DNA of 64,000 nucleotides from NCBI GenBank assembly GCA_038821645.1, contig JAWBDT010000003.1, positions 42,016 to 106,015 of the forward strand. Reading direction: 5' to 3'. A program made the position numbers and the translations under genes. This document shows, in pieces, positions 10,112-20,582 of the stretch (positions are counted from its first letter, which is position 1; each line of letters begins with the position of its first letter). Below the pieces are notes generated by a model. It was not told where the DNA came from. It was given only the letters and a program-made list of their open reading frames with translations, and made no database searches. This DNA is from Ignisphaera sp. (GTDB lineage: Archaea; Thermoproteota; Thermoprotei_A; Sulfolobales; Ignisphaeraceae).

Positions 10112-10850
10112 ATTAAACCTCTAGATCATTACTAAAACATTCATATACTCTATCAACTAATTTTTATCTAGAAACAACAATAGAGGTCCCTCATGAGCGA
10201 AATTCTATAGCTGATACCTCCAGATGATGTGAATCTTAAGTATATCTTATAGATATATTAAAAATTGCTATACATCCATGTTAATTCTTATCTTATTGAA
10301 ATTCATCAACAGTAATTAATTATTAACAGTATTAAGAGTGATGTGATCACTAAAGCGATTCATTCAGTAATTAGTAATACAAGATTGTGGTCTTCTACCC
10401 ATTTAGATCTTGTGTATAGAACATAGATAGTGGAGCATTAGCATTAATATTTATCTCAATCGGTCGGTATCATATGTAAAGTTGGTTAGTAACATTGATC
10501 GCTTAGCTTTTGCATATTATCTTTATCATCTGATTTAAGTAGCACTATATACAGAAATTGAAAATTAGCAATGAATTCAATTTATCTTCGTATAGACACA
10601 TCTTATTAGTCTTCATATACTGATTTAAATAGTGTTAGAGTGTTTAAGAAGATAGCCTTAGTGAATTTGTTGAAATATAGATGGATATTTCTATATAATG
10701 TTAGGAGGTACTGATGTTGAGGATCTATATATCGTTCTCTTGAGGTTTTTGTTTTCTTTTACATTTCAGACTTTAACATCTATTAAAAAGTTCATAGACT
10801 ATACACTTATAGTCTGCTAGATCATAACCTCTACTAAGATGGTGTAAGCT

Positions 10851-11555
10851 ATGGAGGTACTGAAAATTGATAATCTTAGCGTAGTTGTTGGTGGAAGATT
10901 TGTTGTTAAAGATGTCTCTCTAACTATAGATAGAAATGAAATTGTGTTTCTCTTAGGACCTAATGGAGCTGGTAAATCATCTCTTCTTAAGGCTTTGATA
11001 GGATATCCAGGTTATACAATTGTTTCAGGGAGACTTTATTTTGATTCAGAAGATATAACTGATTCATCTATGGAGGTTAGGGTTAGTAAAGGTCTTGCTC
11101 TTGCTCATCAGATACCACCTAAATTACTTGGAGTTAAGGTTAGAAGTCTTTTAGAAGCTCTTTGTAGAAGAACGGGTTGTGATGTATATGAGATAGCTAA
11201 TGAGTTAGGCATAATACATCTTCTGGATAGAGAGTTTGGTAAAGGATTTTCTGGTGGTGAGTTAAAGAGAATCGAAATGTCTATGCTATTAGCTCAGAAA
11301 CCGAAGCTAGCTCTCATAGATGAGCCAGATAGTGGTGTAGATGTAGATTCTATAGCTGTTATAGCTAAAGCCATTAAGAGGATTATAGATATTTCGCCAT
11401 ACAAGTCAATAGTTATAGTTACTCATTCAGCATTGATATCTAAGTATATAGAGCCTACAAAGGTATGTATACTCATTTCAGGTAATGTAAAGGTTTGTGG
11501 TGGTAGGGAACTTATAGATGAGGTGTTTAGTCATGGGTTTAGAGAACTGGCTTAA
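10851..11555 (+). CDS. sufC: Fe-S assembly ATPase SufC-like
   Basis: GPNGAGKS, FSGGELKR, DEPDSGVDVD; overlaps the sufB-like gene. Confidence 0.88.
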   Translation: MEVLKIDNLSVVVGGRFVVKDVSLTIDRNEIVFLLGPNGAGKSSLLKALIGYPGYTIVSGRLYFDSEDITDSSMEVRVSKGLALAHQIPPKLLGVKVRSLLEALCRRTGCDVYEIANELGIIHLLDREFGKGFSGGELKRIEMSMLLAQKPKLALIDEPDSGVDVDSIAVIAKAIKRIIDISPYKSIVIVTHSALISKYIEPTKVCILISGNVKVCGGRELIDEVFSHGFRELA

Positions 11556-12723
11556 AATTATTGAGTCAAGAGCGAGAGAAGGCTTAGCATTATCATCGCC
11601 TTACGGTATAGATATTGATATATCTCAATTCATAAACTATTCTAGAGAAGGTTCTACAGCTATAGATGAATCGAAAGTTAGAGAAGTAGGTGTAGATCTA
11701 TCTGCTAAAGCTATCTATACTCAAGTAGATCAAACATACTTTAGATATCTAAGTAAGATACCTGGTGTAGAGGTTATGAGGCTTGAGGACTTTATAGAAT
11801 CTAGACCAGATGAAGCAAAAGAATATGTATGGAGATTAATTGATCCGGGGAAGGATAAATATACTGCTTTAGCTGCATTAAAGGGTAGAGGAGGATATTT
11901 TATAAAGATTAAGAGTGGTACCAAAGTTACTGAACCGGTAATGGCATGCCTATTCATGAGCATAGGCGGTATACAGGCACCACACAATATAGTCATAGTT
12001 GAGAAAAATGCTGAAGCAACTGTCTATACTGGATGCACAATAGCTCCAGAATCTTTTGGTCTCCACATAGGTATATCTGAATTCTATGTCGAAGAGAATG
12101 CAACTCTACGATTCGTTATGGTACATTCATGGAATAGGGTAGCTCATGTGAGGCCTAGAACAGCTGTACAAGTAAAGCGTGGAGGTAGATACATATCCTA
12201 TTACGTGAATATAGGTAAAGTTAAGTCTATCCAAACATATCCCATAGTTACTCTAGAAAGTAATGCGTACACCTATCTAGCTTCCATAGTTCTTGGACTA
12301 GATGATGCACACATAGACGTTGGTAGTGGTATCAACATAGAAGGTGAAGACGCTGTAGCAGAAATAGTCTCCAGGTCTCTAGCAAGAGATAATTCTAAAA
12401 TTATTGCCAGAGCCTCTATAATAGGTAGATCTGGTAAAGGACATATAGACTGTCGAGGGCTTATGCTCTCAGATAAAGCATACATATATACAGTGCCAGA
12501 ACTAGGCGCTCTATCACCAAATACCATACTAACACATGAAGCATCTATAGGTAGACTGGCTGAAGAAGAGATCAACTACATTATCAGTAGAGGATTCTCG
12601 AGAGAAGAAGCTATAGGTATACTGCTAAGAGGCTTCATAAGCATAGATATAAAAGACATACCCCCACAAATAAAGAACTACATAGAAACAATAGAGAAAC
12701 TTACTGTTGAAAAAGCCATGTAG
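11518..12723 (+). CDS. sufB: SufB/SufD-family Fe-S scaffold
   Basis: GHIDCRGL, THEASIGRLAEEEINYIISRG; true start probably ATG 11533. Confidence 0.85.
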   Translation: MRCLVMGLENWLKIIESRAREGLALSSPYGIDIDISQFINYSREGSTAIDESKVREVGVDLSAKAIYTQVDQTYFRYLSKIPGVEVMRLEDFIESRPDEAKEYVWRLIDPGKDKYTALAALKGRGGYFIKIKSGTKVTEPVMACLFMSIGGIQAPHNIVIVEKNAEATVYTGCTIAPESFGLHIGISEFYVEENATLRFVMVHSWNRVAHVRPRTAVQVKRGGRYISYYVNIGKVKSIQTYPIVTLESNAYTYLASIVLGLDDAHIDVGSGINIEGEDAVAEIVSRSLARDNSKIIARASIIGRSGKGHIDCRGLMLSDKAYIYTVPELGALSPNTILTHEASIGRLAEEEINYIISRGFSREEAIGILLRGFISIDIKDIPPQIKNYIETIEKLTVEKAM

Positions 12724-12964
12724 ATAGCTTTCCAAACTACCCCTAACTTAAGAAAGACCATAATTAGCTCTTTAATTAAGCATCATAGACAATGCCAATA
12801 ACATATTGTTGTCAAACCAGATGCTATAGCTTTGATACATTAATTTATTTAAATGTTGAAAACATATTCATTTAGTGTCTAGACCATACTATTAATTCTT
12901 ATTAATTCTTGAGAGCTCAATCTATACCTCAAATCAATAACTATTTAGACACAAAATGTACACT

Positions 12965-13106
12965 AAATGGTTAGGCACCGTCCTAAAGGGCAAATGTATT
13001 GCCAACCACCCCAAGAAACATTATCCTATCTCCATATCTCCCATGTCCTTCCACCAATAGTTACTTCACTAATTTTTCTTCCTGCTGGACTAAGGTTCTG
13101 AATATT
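12965..13106 (-). pseudogene. Relic fragment of a GH12 endoglucanase gene
   Basis: Minus strand reads NIQNLSPAGRKISEVTIGGRTWEIWR*DNVSWGGWQYI, then (after frameshifts) AFRTVP. Matches the GH12 PAG..WEVW..GW.YIAFR segment. Confidence 0.65.
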
Positions 13107-13342
13107 TTCACAAAGAACTTATATAAACTTAGCAAATTTCATTAAGTCAATTAATTATCAAGACACTTTATTTTCTTACAATTCCATATGCATACTAAAC
13201 ATTCAGCTTCATCAAATCTTATTCATTATTTAGTAAATAGTGACTAGACTCATTAAACAAATATAGTTTATGATTCATTAAGATCTATATCAGCTACCTC
13301 TGGTCCAAACTACACAGAATACAAGTTAAAAAAATGGCTTTG

Positions 13343-14689
13343 TTATGTAGTTGAAGCTTCTTTCCAAGCTGTCTTTGCGAAGTAGAATACTATAGGTATT
13401 AATACTACTGCAAAAGCTATAGCTATACCCCATCCAACCGTTCTTAGAACTTCTGATGCTCCTGGTATCTGCAACAATATTGCTGACATACCTACGTACG
13501 CAAATACTAACGCTATAGTGACTCCTACTACTGGTACTAGTTTTTCATAGGCTGGATGTACTTCTTTGAGCATTCTTGTTAGAACATCTACAACCATTAT
13601 GCCTATGACTAACACTATTGAACCCATAATTAATGCATATACTAGGTTTCCAAGAAGTCCAAGTATGTTTAGAGCTATGGTAACTAGTACTGCTACTAAT
13701 CCTATAGCTATAAGGTTTTCAGCTAAATGTGCCAATGGCTCGAATTTCTCTTTGGCTACGGCTCTAAACAATCTACCTATGTATTTAGCTAGTATCACTA
13801 CTAAAGCCAAACCTAGAGTCAGTAATGCTGCTGTAGCTAGAATTCTAGGTAGATAGAATGCTACTGTAGACAGAATATCTCCAACAAGACCTGTTGCCCC
13901 TATCATACCTAAGCCTACAGCAATCGCTATAACTATTACTGTTGCTTTAACAAGACCTGCTACAAGTGATGGTGTCTCTATACCTGCATCTTTAAGTGCT
14001 TTGCCTACATCTGTTCCCTCGAGAGGTTTAGATACAGATTCCACGATACTTTTAACAAATTTTCCAACAATATCGGCAATAATGTAGCCTATAACAACTA
14101 TAATACCGGCCATAATTCCTGATGGTAGAGCTGTTGTTAAGGTGGTTAGTAGATTTGGTGTAGCAAACATAATCGATATAGCAATTCCAAAGACAAACAG
14201 TATTAGGATTACTGATAGAGCTGTTGAAGTAAGATTCTCGAAAACTTCGTGCTTATCTCTTAGAGGTAGAGCTACAAGTTTAGCTAAATATTCTGCACCA
14301 AGTACTGCTAGAGGTATACCTATCGATAATACGACAAATCCTCCAAGAACATTAATAACAATTCTTATAAACGTTCTTATAAACTCTCCACCAGGAAGTC
14401 CAGCAGCGTCTATAGCGAACATAATCGATATCGCTACAATAAGTACGAATATAAATGTACCTATGAGGCGACCTAAATCAATACCAGCTTCCTTAAGCCT
14501 TATTCCTACAGCTGTTCTCTCTAGAAATCTTCCTAGAACTCTATTAAATAGTAACCTGATTGCTCCTTTAACAACAACACCAATTCCATAACCAATTAAT
14601 ATGATTACTAGTGCAAGAACAACTGAGGGTATAGCTGCAATAATCTGTGTAGCTACTCTAGTTAACTCATCTACTAATCTCTCTATCAT
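13343..14689 (-). CDS. Polytopic membrane protein with repeated TM-helix units (MscS-associated TM repeat type)
   Basis: Repeats such as AIPSVVLALVIILIGY, ALPSGIMAGIIVVIGY, YLPRILATAALLTLG. Start placed at MIERL (14689). Confidence 0.7.
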   Translation of the reverse strand: MIERLVDELTRVATQIIAAIPSVVLALVIILIGYGIGVVVKGAIRLLFNRVLGRFLERTAVGIRLKEAGIDLGRLIGTFIFVLIVAISIMFAIDAAGLPGGEFIRTFIRIVINVLGGFVVLSIGIPLAVLGAEYLAKLVALPLRDKHEVFENLTSTALSVILILFVFGIAISIMFATPNLLTTLTTALPSGIMAGIIVVIGYIIADIVGKFVKSIVESVSKPLEGTDVGKALKDAGIETPSLVAGLVKATVIVIAIAVGLGMIGATGLVGDILSTVAFYLPRILATAALLTLGLALVVILAKYIGRLFRAVAKEKFEPLAHLAENLIAIGLVAVLVTIALNILGLLGNLVYALIMGSIVLVIGIMVVDVLTRMLKEVHPAYEKLVPVVGVTIALVFAYVGMSAILLQIPGASEVLRTVGWGIAIAFAVVLIPIVFYFAKTAWKEASTT

Positions 14690-14846
14690 ATCCCTACCCC
14701 TATACCTATACTGTACCACTACCTATTTAAATATTTTATAGTAGTAGCTACATTAATTTAATCAAGTATAAGAAATTCAAGAACATTTAGAGCTTATTAT
14801 CTAGAGCTTATTAGCGGTCAGTGCCTTCGATAAACTTGGGTGAAAT

Positions 14847-15125
14847 ATGGTGAGTCTACTAGAGATCACAATTATGCTAATTGTTGTAGCCTTTGCATTA
14901 ATATTTATAGGTGTGGCTCTTTTGATTGTAGATAACTTGAAGAATTCTGAGAAGGATAGTAAAGTTAAGGGTGGAGGGGTTATAGTTATAGGCCCTATAC
15001 CGATAGTTATTGGAACTAGTGAGAAAGCATCCAAAGTTTTAATCATACTTGCAATAATTTTAACACTCGTAACATTGATTACTTTTCTTATTACAACTGG
15101 ATTAATTGGGATAAGAGGTCCATAG
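14847..15125 (+). CDS. DUF131/TIGR00304-family membrane protein
   Basis: GGGVIVIGPIPIVIGT signature. Confidence 0.8.
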   Translation: MVSLLEITIMLIVVAFALIFIGVALLIVDNLKNSEKDSKVKGGGVIVIGPIPIVIGTSEKASKVLIILAIILTLVTLITFLITTGLIGIRGP

Positions 15126-15127
15126 AT

Positions 15128-15430
15128 ATGAAGTTAATTACACTAAGTTTCATACTTATAGTACTGGGATTCCTTATAGCTATGGTTGCTACATTAATAC
15201 CACTATTTATCGTCATCTCCAATAATTCGAGAATCGATATTAATGTAGGTGGATGTATACTTGTATCCTTTGTTCCCATATGTTTTGGCTATGGTACAAC
15301 ACCTCTACATTTAATAATGATTATACTGCTACTCGTTATAGTCATCGTGTTAATAACCATAGATTTGAACATATTTATTAGAATGAAGAATACCCTTAAT
15401 AGAATGTACGAAGAGAAGGAATTCGTATAA
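15128..15430 (+). CDS. DUF131-like paralog
   Basis: GGCILVSFVPICFG variant of the same motif; tandem with the previous gene. Confidence 0.65.
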   Translation: MKLITLSFILIVLGFLIAMVATLIPLFIVISNNSRIDINVGGCILVSFVPICFGYGTTPLHLIMIILLLVIVIVLITIDLNIFIRMKNTLNRMYEEKEFV

Positions 15431-15490
15431 TGCATGAACCAAAACAATACTTATTTTTGTGTCTAAAGTGCTAGCTATAGGTGCACATGT

Positions 15491-15991
15491 ATGATTGAAT
15501 TAGATCCTCTTGAAGCATTAGATCTAATACCACACCCATTAACAATAGTTACTGCTGGAGATCCTGAGAAACCGGGTAAGAGAGGTGGCATGACAGCTGC
15601 ATGGGTTTCCAGAGTTTCCTGGAATCCACCTCTGATAGCAGTCTCAATGACTAGATCACGATACACATACCAACTCATAAAGGAGTACAAAGCATTTGTT
15701 GTTCATGTAGTCTCTAAGAGATTTGAGAAAATGGCATTAGAGATCTTTGGAAGTTTGAGTGGTAGAGATAGAGATAAGTTTGAGTTAGCTGGCATACAGC
15801 CAATTAAAGCAGAAAAAGTAGTTGCACCAATAATTCCAGGCATGCCTCTATCAATAGAATGTATATTTGTGGCAGAGCATGTTGCTGGAGATCATGTAAT
15901 AGTTATTGGTGAAGTAGTTAAAGGTCATAAAGGTTCTGAAGAACCATTGCTAGTCTGGATGAATGGATCAAGTTATGAAATAAAGATGTAA
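15491..15991 (+). CDS. Flavin reductase-like (DIM6/NTAB) protein
   Basis: GGMTAAW..VSWNPP, SGRDRDKF, GDHVIVIGEV. Confidence 0.85.
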   Translation: MIELDPLEALDLIPHPLTIVTAGDPEKPGKRGGMTAAWVSRVSWNPPLIAVSMTRSRYTYQLIKEYKAFVVHVVSKRFEKMALEIFGSLSGRDRDKFELAGIQPIKAEKVVAPIIPGMPLSIECIFVAEHVAGDHVIVIGEVVKGHKGSEEPLLVWMNGSSYEIKM

Positions 15992-16317
15992 GAACCATCT
16001 ATACTTTGTATACATTTTTTATATACAATGATATCTATAATCTCTGTGCCATACCTATAGCTAACTTCGTTATTTAATGTAGAAATTATGAGATGGATAA
16101 TAATGCTGTTAGAGAGTTTTAGCTATTCATATTTTATGGTATTCATATGAAGAGTAATAGAAGATATCATATGTGTCTTAATCTAGCGATACAAGATTAA
16201 TTAATTTCTAAGCTCTTCTTGATGTGTCTATACTAAACTTTAGAACCTATGAATCTATACAGTATTGCCTGCTAAAGGTATAATGTATTTGTCTCTTCAT
16301 ATCTTTAGGTTATAGAT

Positions 16318-17601
16318 CTAGATATACCCTACAACTTTTCCTCTAAGGTCATAAAAAGTTGCATCAACTATTTCTGCATAAGCTCTCTTACCTAGAGCTT
16401 CTATACCAACATCTAATACAACAGGCTTGTAGTTATATAATCTCCCTATAGCTTTCCCTCTATTTGTATCGATTTCTGTTATCCAGATTTTAGCCATAGA
16501 GCCTACATACTCCTTGTTTACATCTAGTGCTATAGCTTCATATATTTTCTCTAGATAGCTGCTTCGGCTCTTCTTTATAGGGTCTGGTATCTGTGGCATT
16601 AATGCTGATAGGGTTTGGGGCCTAGGGGAGAAGCGAGCTATATGAACACGATCTATATAGTTTTCAACTATAAGTTTAATGCTTTCTGTAAAAGCTTCTT
16701 CATCTTCACCTGGATGACCAACGATAATATCTGTGGCTATCTGTATACCTTCTATCTTTTTCTTAAGCTCTTTAACTACTTCTAGAAAAAGTTCGATATT
16801 GTGTTTTCTATTCATATATCGTAGAACCTTGTTGCTTCCACTTTGAACAGGTATATGGAGATGTTTATAGACTTTGGGATTCTTTATGATAGCTATAAGA
16901 TCGTCTAAGAAGTTCACAATGTGTCGAGGATTCATTTGACCTAATCTAATCACATATTCTCTACTATCTATGTTTAGTAGTTCATTTAGAAGGTCTGGTA
17001 ATGCGTATCTACTATATATATCATAGCCATAGACAGCTAGATCTTGTGCTGTTATCTCGATCTCCACAGCCCCTTTCTCTAGAGCTCTCTTGAAAACAGA
17101 TACAACCTTCTCTATGGGAACACTTCTCAAATGAGGTCTAGCTATCTTTACTATACAGAAAGAACATTCATCAAGACAGCCTTCGGCTACAGGTATTGTC
17201 GCTCTTATACCTTCAACTATATCCGGTAGAACTTGGAATGACTTATACTCATCGAACAGACTTACAGGCTGTTGAGATTCTACAGCTTCTATAACTCTAT
17301 TGATGCTTTGAGGAGCTATAAGCGAAATTGACTGGCTTAGTGATCTTATTCTATATGGATAGACTTTGGTAATACATCCAGCGACAATAAGCTTTTTACC
17401 TAGTTTTGACAGCTGATCAATTCTTTTAAACATTCTAACCTCAGTATCGTACCTAACAACACAAGTATTCACTATGATGATATTCGCTTCCTCAGGAGTA
17501 TCAACAATCTCATATCCCTTCTCGATTAAGATGGTTTTCATAATCAGGGAATCTGCCTTATTTACTGCACAACCATATGTTTCTATATAGATCTTCGTCA
17601 T
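16318..17601 (-). CDS. tRNA t6A methylthiotransferase (archaeal MtaB/CDKAL1-like radical SAM)
   Basis: TYGCAVN, NTCVV, AGC (UPF0004 domain); CLDECSFC radical SAM motif; TRAM-like C-terminus. Confidence 0.88.
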   Translation of the reverse strand: MTKIYIETYGCAVNKADSLIMKTILIEKGYEIVDTPEEANIIIVNTCVVRYDTEVRMFKRIDQLSKLGKKLIVAGCITKVYPYRIRSLSQSISLIAPQSINRVIEAVESQQPVSLFDEYKSFQVLPDIVEGIRATIPVAEGCLDECSFCIVKIARPHLRSVPIEKVVSVFKRALEKGAVEIEITAQDLAVYGYDIYSRYALPDLLNELLNIDSREYVIRLGQMNPRHIVNFLDDLIAIIKNPKVYKHLHIPVQSGSNKVLRYMNRKHNIELFLEVVKELKKKIEGIQIATDIIVGHPGEDEEAFTESIKLIVENYIDRVHIARFSPRPQTLSALMPQIPDPIKKSRSSYLEKIYEAIALDVNKEYVGSMAKIWITEIDTNRGKAIGRLYNYKPVVLDVGIEALGKRAYAEIVDATFYDLRGKVVGYI

Positions 17602-17675
17602 ATCATTTAAAACCTCAAGTTGTAGCCTATCAAGTTATAAGCAGTATAAATCTATATGAGGTTAGGGATAGAATA

Positions 17676-18107
17676 TTGGTGGACAACGAGCTTAAGATAC
17701 TCTACGACTATGACTACATGCTAGATAGAGCGTATAGTCTACTACCGGTCAAGAAATCTAGTAGAGCCTATGATATACCATTTCCCGAGGTAGAGTACAT
17801 AGGAGATCATACTGTTATCAAAAACTTCAACCATATATGTGAGAGACTAAGAAGAGATCCTAGGATAGTAATGAGGTATATACTTAAAGAACTTGGTAAA
17901 CCCGGTGGTCTTGATGAAAGAAATGTGTTGACAATATATAGTTCTATAAAGGCTCAAAGCATAAGAGAACTCTATAATAGATTTCTCGAAACATATGTTA
18001 AATGCCCAACATGTGGTAGCTACGATACAGAACTTGGTAAGGAAGGAAAAGTGTACTATATAAAGTGTTTAGCATGTGGTGCAAAATCTTTTGTTAAACC
18101 AATATAG
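17676..18107 (+). CDS. eif2b: Translation initiation factor aIF2 subunit beta
   Basis: YDYMLDRAY, CPTCGSYDT...CLACGA zinc ribbon. Start moved to TTG 17676 / GTG 17679 to avoid overlap with the divergent gene. Confidence 0.9.
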   Translation: MVDNELKILYDYDYMLDRAYSLLPVKKSSRAYDIPFPEVEYIGDHTVIKNFNHICERLRRDPRIVMRYILKELGKPGGLDERNVLTIYSSIKAQSIRELYNRFLETYVKCPTCGSYDTELGKEGKVYYIKCLACGAKSFVKPI

Positions 18108-18112
18108 TATTT

Positions 18113-18442
18113 ATGAAGGAATACATCATGGAAGGTATGTACTACGTTAAGATACATCATATAAACAACAATAGTATTGTGGCTATATGTGATGAAGAAA
18201 TCTTGGGTAAAGTTTTTAAAGAAGGTGATATAATTCTCGATGTCTCACCAAATTTCTACAAAGGTGAAAGAGTAGATTTTGAGACAGTTCTCAGGATTAT
18301 AGAGGAAGGCGAAATAGTAGTTGTGACTGGGCGTCGAATAATAAAGAAGCTTTCTCAGTTGGGGCTTGTGAACGAAGATTATGCTCTAAAAGTTGAAGAT
18401 CAACTCCATATACAGATAATTAGAGAGGTATACAGAGATTGA
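18113..18442 (+). CDS. DUF424-family protein
   Basis: IVAICDEEILGK..F.EG...FY.GE pattern; usual position in this cluster. Confidence 0.75.
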   Translation: MKEYIMEGMYYVKIHHINNNSIVAICDEEILGKVFKEGDIILDVSPNFYKGERVDFETVLRIIEEGEIVVVTGRRIIKKLSQLGLVNEDYALKVEDQLHIQIIREVYRD

Positions 18443-19302
18443 GGAAATTCTGTTCGAAATGCGGTAAAGAAGAGGACTTAGAAACACCTATAATAGATAA
18501 TTTGTGTGTGAAATGCTATACTCAGACTAAGAAACTCTTAGAGATCCCTAGACTAATAGAAGTTACTTCATGTAGTAGATGTGGAGCTATATCGATAGGT
18601 AATAGATGGTTTTATCCCGATACATCATCTAAAGCAAGATATATAATTGAACAGTATATAGCATCACTAGTAGAGAAGGAAACAGATATAGATATAGAAA
18701 ATCTTAGCATAGAACTTGATGATACGTCAAGCAAGTGGGCTAAAATCTATGTAGATATTCTGATAAAGAATACAATTAGGTATACAATAGAGAACACTAC
18801 AGAGATAAAGTGGAAGAAAAGTTTATGTCCAATATGCTTCAAGAGAGCTGGAGGTGGTTTCGAAGCTATTGTTCAACTTAGGTTCATGAATTATGAAGAT
18901 CGTGTTGAGAAATTTAAGAATGAGATCTTACAGCTCTTTCACGACTATGTTGTGGAAATTAGTGATGTTAAAAATGGCATCGACATAAAGATTGCTTCAC
19001 GAAGTATTGCAAAGAAAATAGCAGATATAGCTTTAAGGATGTGGAGAAATGTTAGGATTGTGGAATCTTTTGGCGATGTCAGAAGAATGAAGAATGGCTC
19101 TAGACACGGCAAACAATATATATCAATTAAGATAATAAACCCTAGAGAAGGTGACTACATAGTTTTGGATGGAAAGGCCTATATAGTTGACAAGGTATAT
19201 GAGAACGGTATAGATGTTGTTAATAGTAATGGAGAAAAGATTTTCGTATCTCTAGATGAGCTACTGAACATGTGTAGCAAAATGAGAAAGAGAACTAGAT
19301 AA
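18439..19302 (+). CDS. nmd3: NMD3-family ribosome export/biogenesis protein
   Basis: Four CxxC pairs and EAIVQLR motif; TTG start overlapping the upstream TGA. Confidence 0.85.
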   Translation: MRKFCSKCGKEEDLETPIIDNLCVKCYTQTKKLLEIPRLIEVTSCSRCGAISIGNRWFYPDTSSKARYIIEQYIASLVEKETDIDIENLSIELDDTSSKWAKIYVDILIKNTIRYTIENTTEIKWKKSLCPICFKRAGGGFEAIVQLRFMNYEDRVEKFKNEILQLFHDYVVEISDVKNGIDIKIASRSIAKKIADIALRMWRNVRIVESFGDVRRMKNGSRHGKQYISIKIINPREGDYIVLDGKAYIVDKVYENGIDVVNSNGEKIFVSLDELLNMCSKMRKRTR

Positions 19303-19369
19303 ATATGTCGAAAAACAATAAGTTAATAAAGTAGCGACAAGAGTAATTAGATACAAGGGTGAGGAATTT

Positions 19370-19687
19370 ATAGCAAAGAAAAAACAGAGTGAACCAGTAC
19401 AAAAGGACATTATATTGCCTAGTGAAGGTCAGACTATATGTGTGGTAGAAGAGATAATAGGTGCTGACTACACAAAAGTTAGATGTTCTGATGGTGTAAC
19501 AAGAATATGTAGAATACCGGGTAGATTCAGGAGAAGGGCATGGCTATCTGAAGGAGATGTTGTTCTTGTAGCACCATGGGATTTTCAGCCAAATAAGGGA
19601 GATATAGTACATAGATATGAAAAAGATGAAATTCGAAAACTTATAAATATGAATATCGTTGCAAAAGAGTTTATAGAGGGGAGCTGA
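19370..19687 (+). CDS. eif1a: Translation initiation factor aIF1A (proposed ATA start)
   Basis: CRIPGRFRR.W...GDVVLVAPWDFQ..KGDI. Frame is open back to ATA 19370 (xAKKKQSEP), 7 nt after GGTGA. Confidence 0.9.
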   Translation: MAKKKQSEPVQKDIILPSEGQTICVVEEIIGADYTKVRCSDGVTRICRIPGRFRRRAWLSEGDVVLVAPWDFQPNKGDIVHRYEKDEIRKLINMNIVAKEFIEGS

Positions 19688-19690
19688 TAG

Positions 19691-20521
19691 CTGGTTCAAA
19701 AAGACGTTATTGATAGCGAAGTTGATAGAGAAATCAGAAAGGAGATACGAGAACCTAGACTAAAAGATAAAGATCTTTTTGAGGTTGTTGAAGAAGTTTT
19801 CGATAGACGAACTATTCTTGCTATTCTAGACCTTAGGAAGAAGAAATGCATAAAGACTTTGAAAGGTGTAGTCGCTACGGGTAAAGAAGCTAGGGTTTAC
19901 TGGGCTAAAGGATTCGATGGATCTGATCTTGCTGTAAAGATATACCTTACAGCAACAGCTGAATTCAGAAAAGGTATCTGGAAGTATATACATGGTGATC
20001 CAAGATACGAATGGGTAGCTTCACTTCCTTCACATAAACTCATGGCTATTTGGGCTAGAAAAGAGTTTGCAAATCTTAAGAGAATGTATAGTGTAGGCAT
20101 AAATGTTCCTGAACCTTTGTGTGTTAATAAAAATGTCTTGGTTATGAGATTTATAGGTGAAAATGGTGTAAGAGCTCCACTTCTTAAGGAGCTTTACGAA
20201 AATGATGAACTTGGTGAGGAAATTGCTAAAAAGATTTTTAATAAAGTTGTATACTTTATTTACAAGCTTTACTGGGAAGCAAGACTCGTTCATGGTGATA
20301 TGAGTGAATACAATATCATGGTATTTATGGGTGAACCATACATAATAGATGTAAGTCAAGCTGTTAAAGTTGATCATCCCAATGCTATCCAGTTCCTATA
20401 TAGAGATATACACAATATTGTGAGATTCTTTAGTAATGAAGTTGGTATAGAGGTTCCTCCGGCTAAAGATATACTTGAGTTAATAATAGAGAAAAAGCTT
20501 AATCAAGACCAGTTACAGTAG
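19691..20521 (+). CDS. rio1: RIO1 kinase (proposed CTG start)
   Basis: TGKEARVY, LVHGDMSEYN, IIDVSQAV. The conserved KDKDLFEVVEEVFDRRT lies upstream of the first TTG (19859). Confidence 0.9.
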   Translation: MVQKDVIDSEVDREIRKEIREPRLKDKDLFEVVEEVFDRRTILAILDLRKKKCIKTLKGVVATGKEARVYWAKGFDGSDLAVKIYLTATAEFRKGIWKYIHGDPRYEWVASLPSHKLMAIWARKEFANLKRMYSVGINVPEPLCVNKNVLVMRFIGENGVRAPLLKELYENDELGEEIAKKIFNKVVYFIYKLYWEARLVHGDMSEYNIMVFMGEPYIIDVSQAVKVDHPNAIQFLYRDIHNIVRFFSNEVGIEVPPAKDILELIIEKKLNQDQLQ

Positions 20522-20582
20522 GTAAATAACGACTAATTAAGCCTAATATCCCGTGAAACTCTTATACCTAGGTGGAACAAAA

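Noticed and set aside
12977-12991. ACCGTCCTAAAGGGC resembling an IS605 end
   Set aside because: Better explained as the AFRT end of the GH12 relic, and the flanking hairpin is incomplete.
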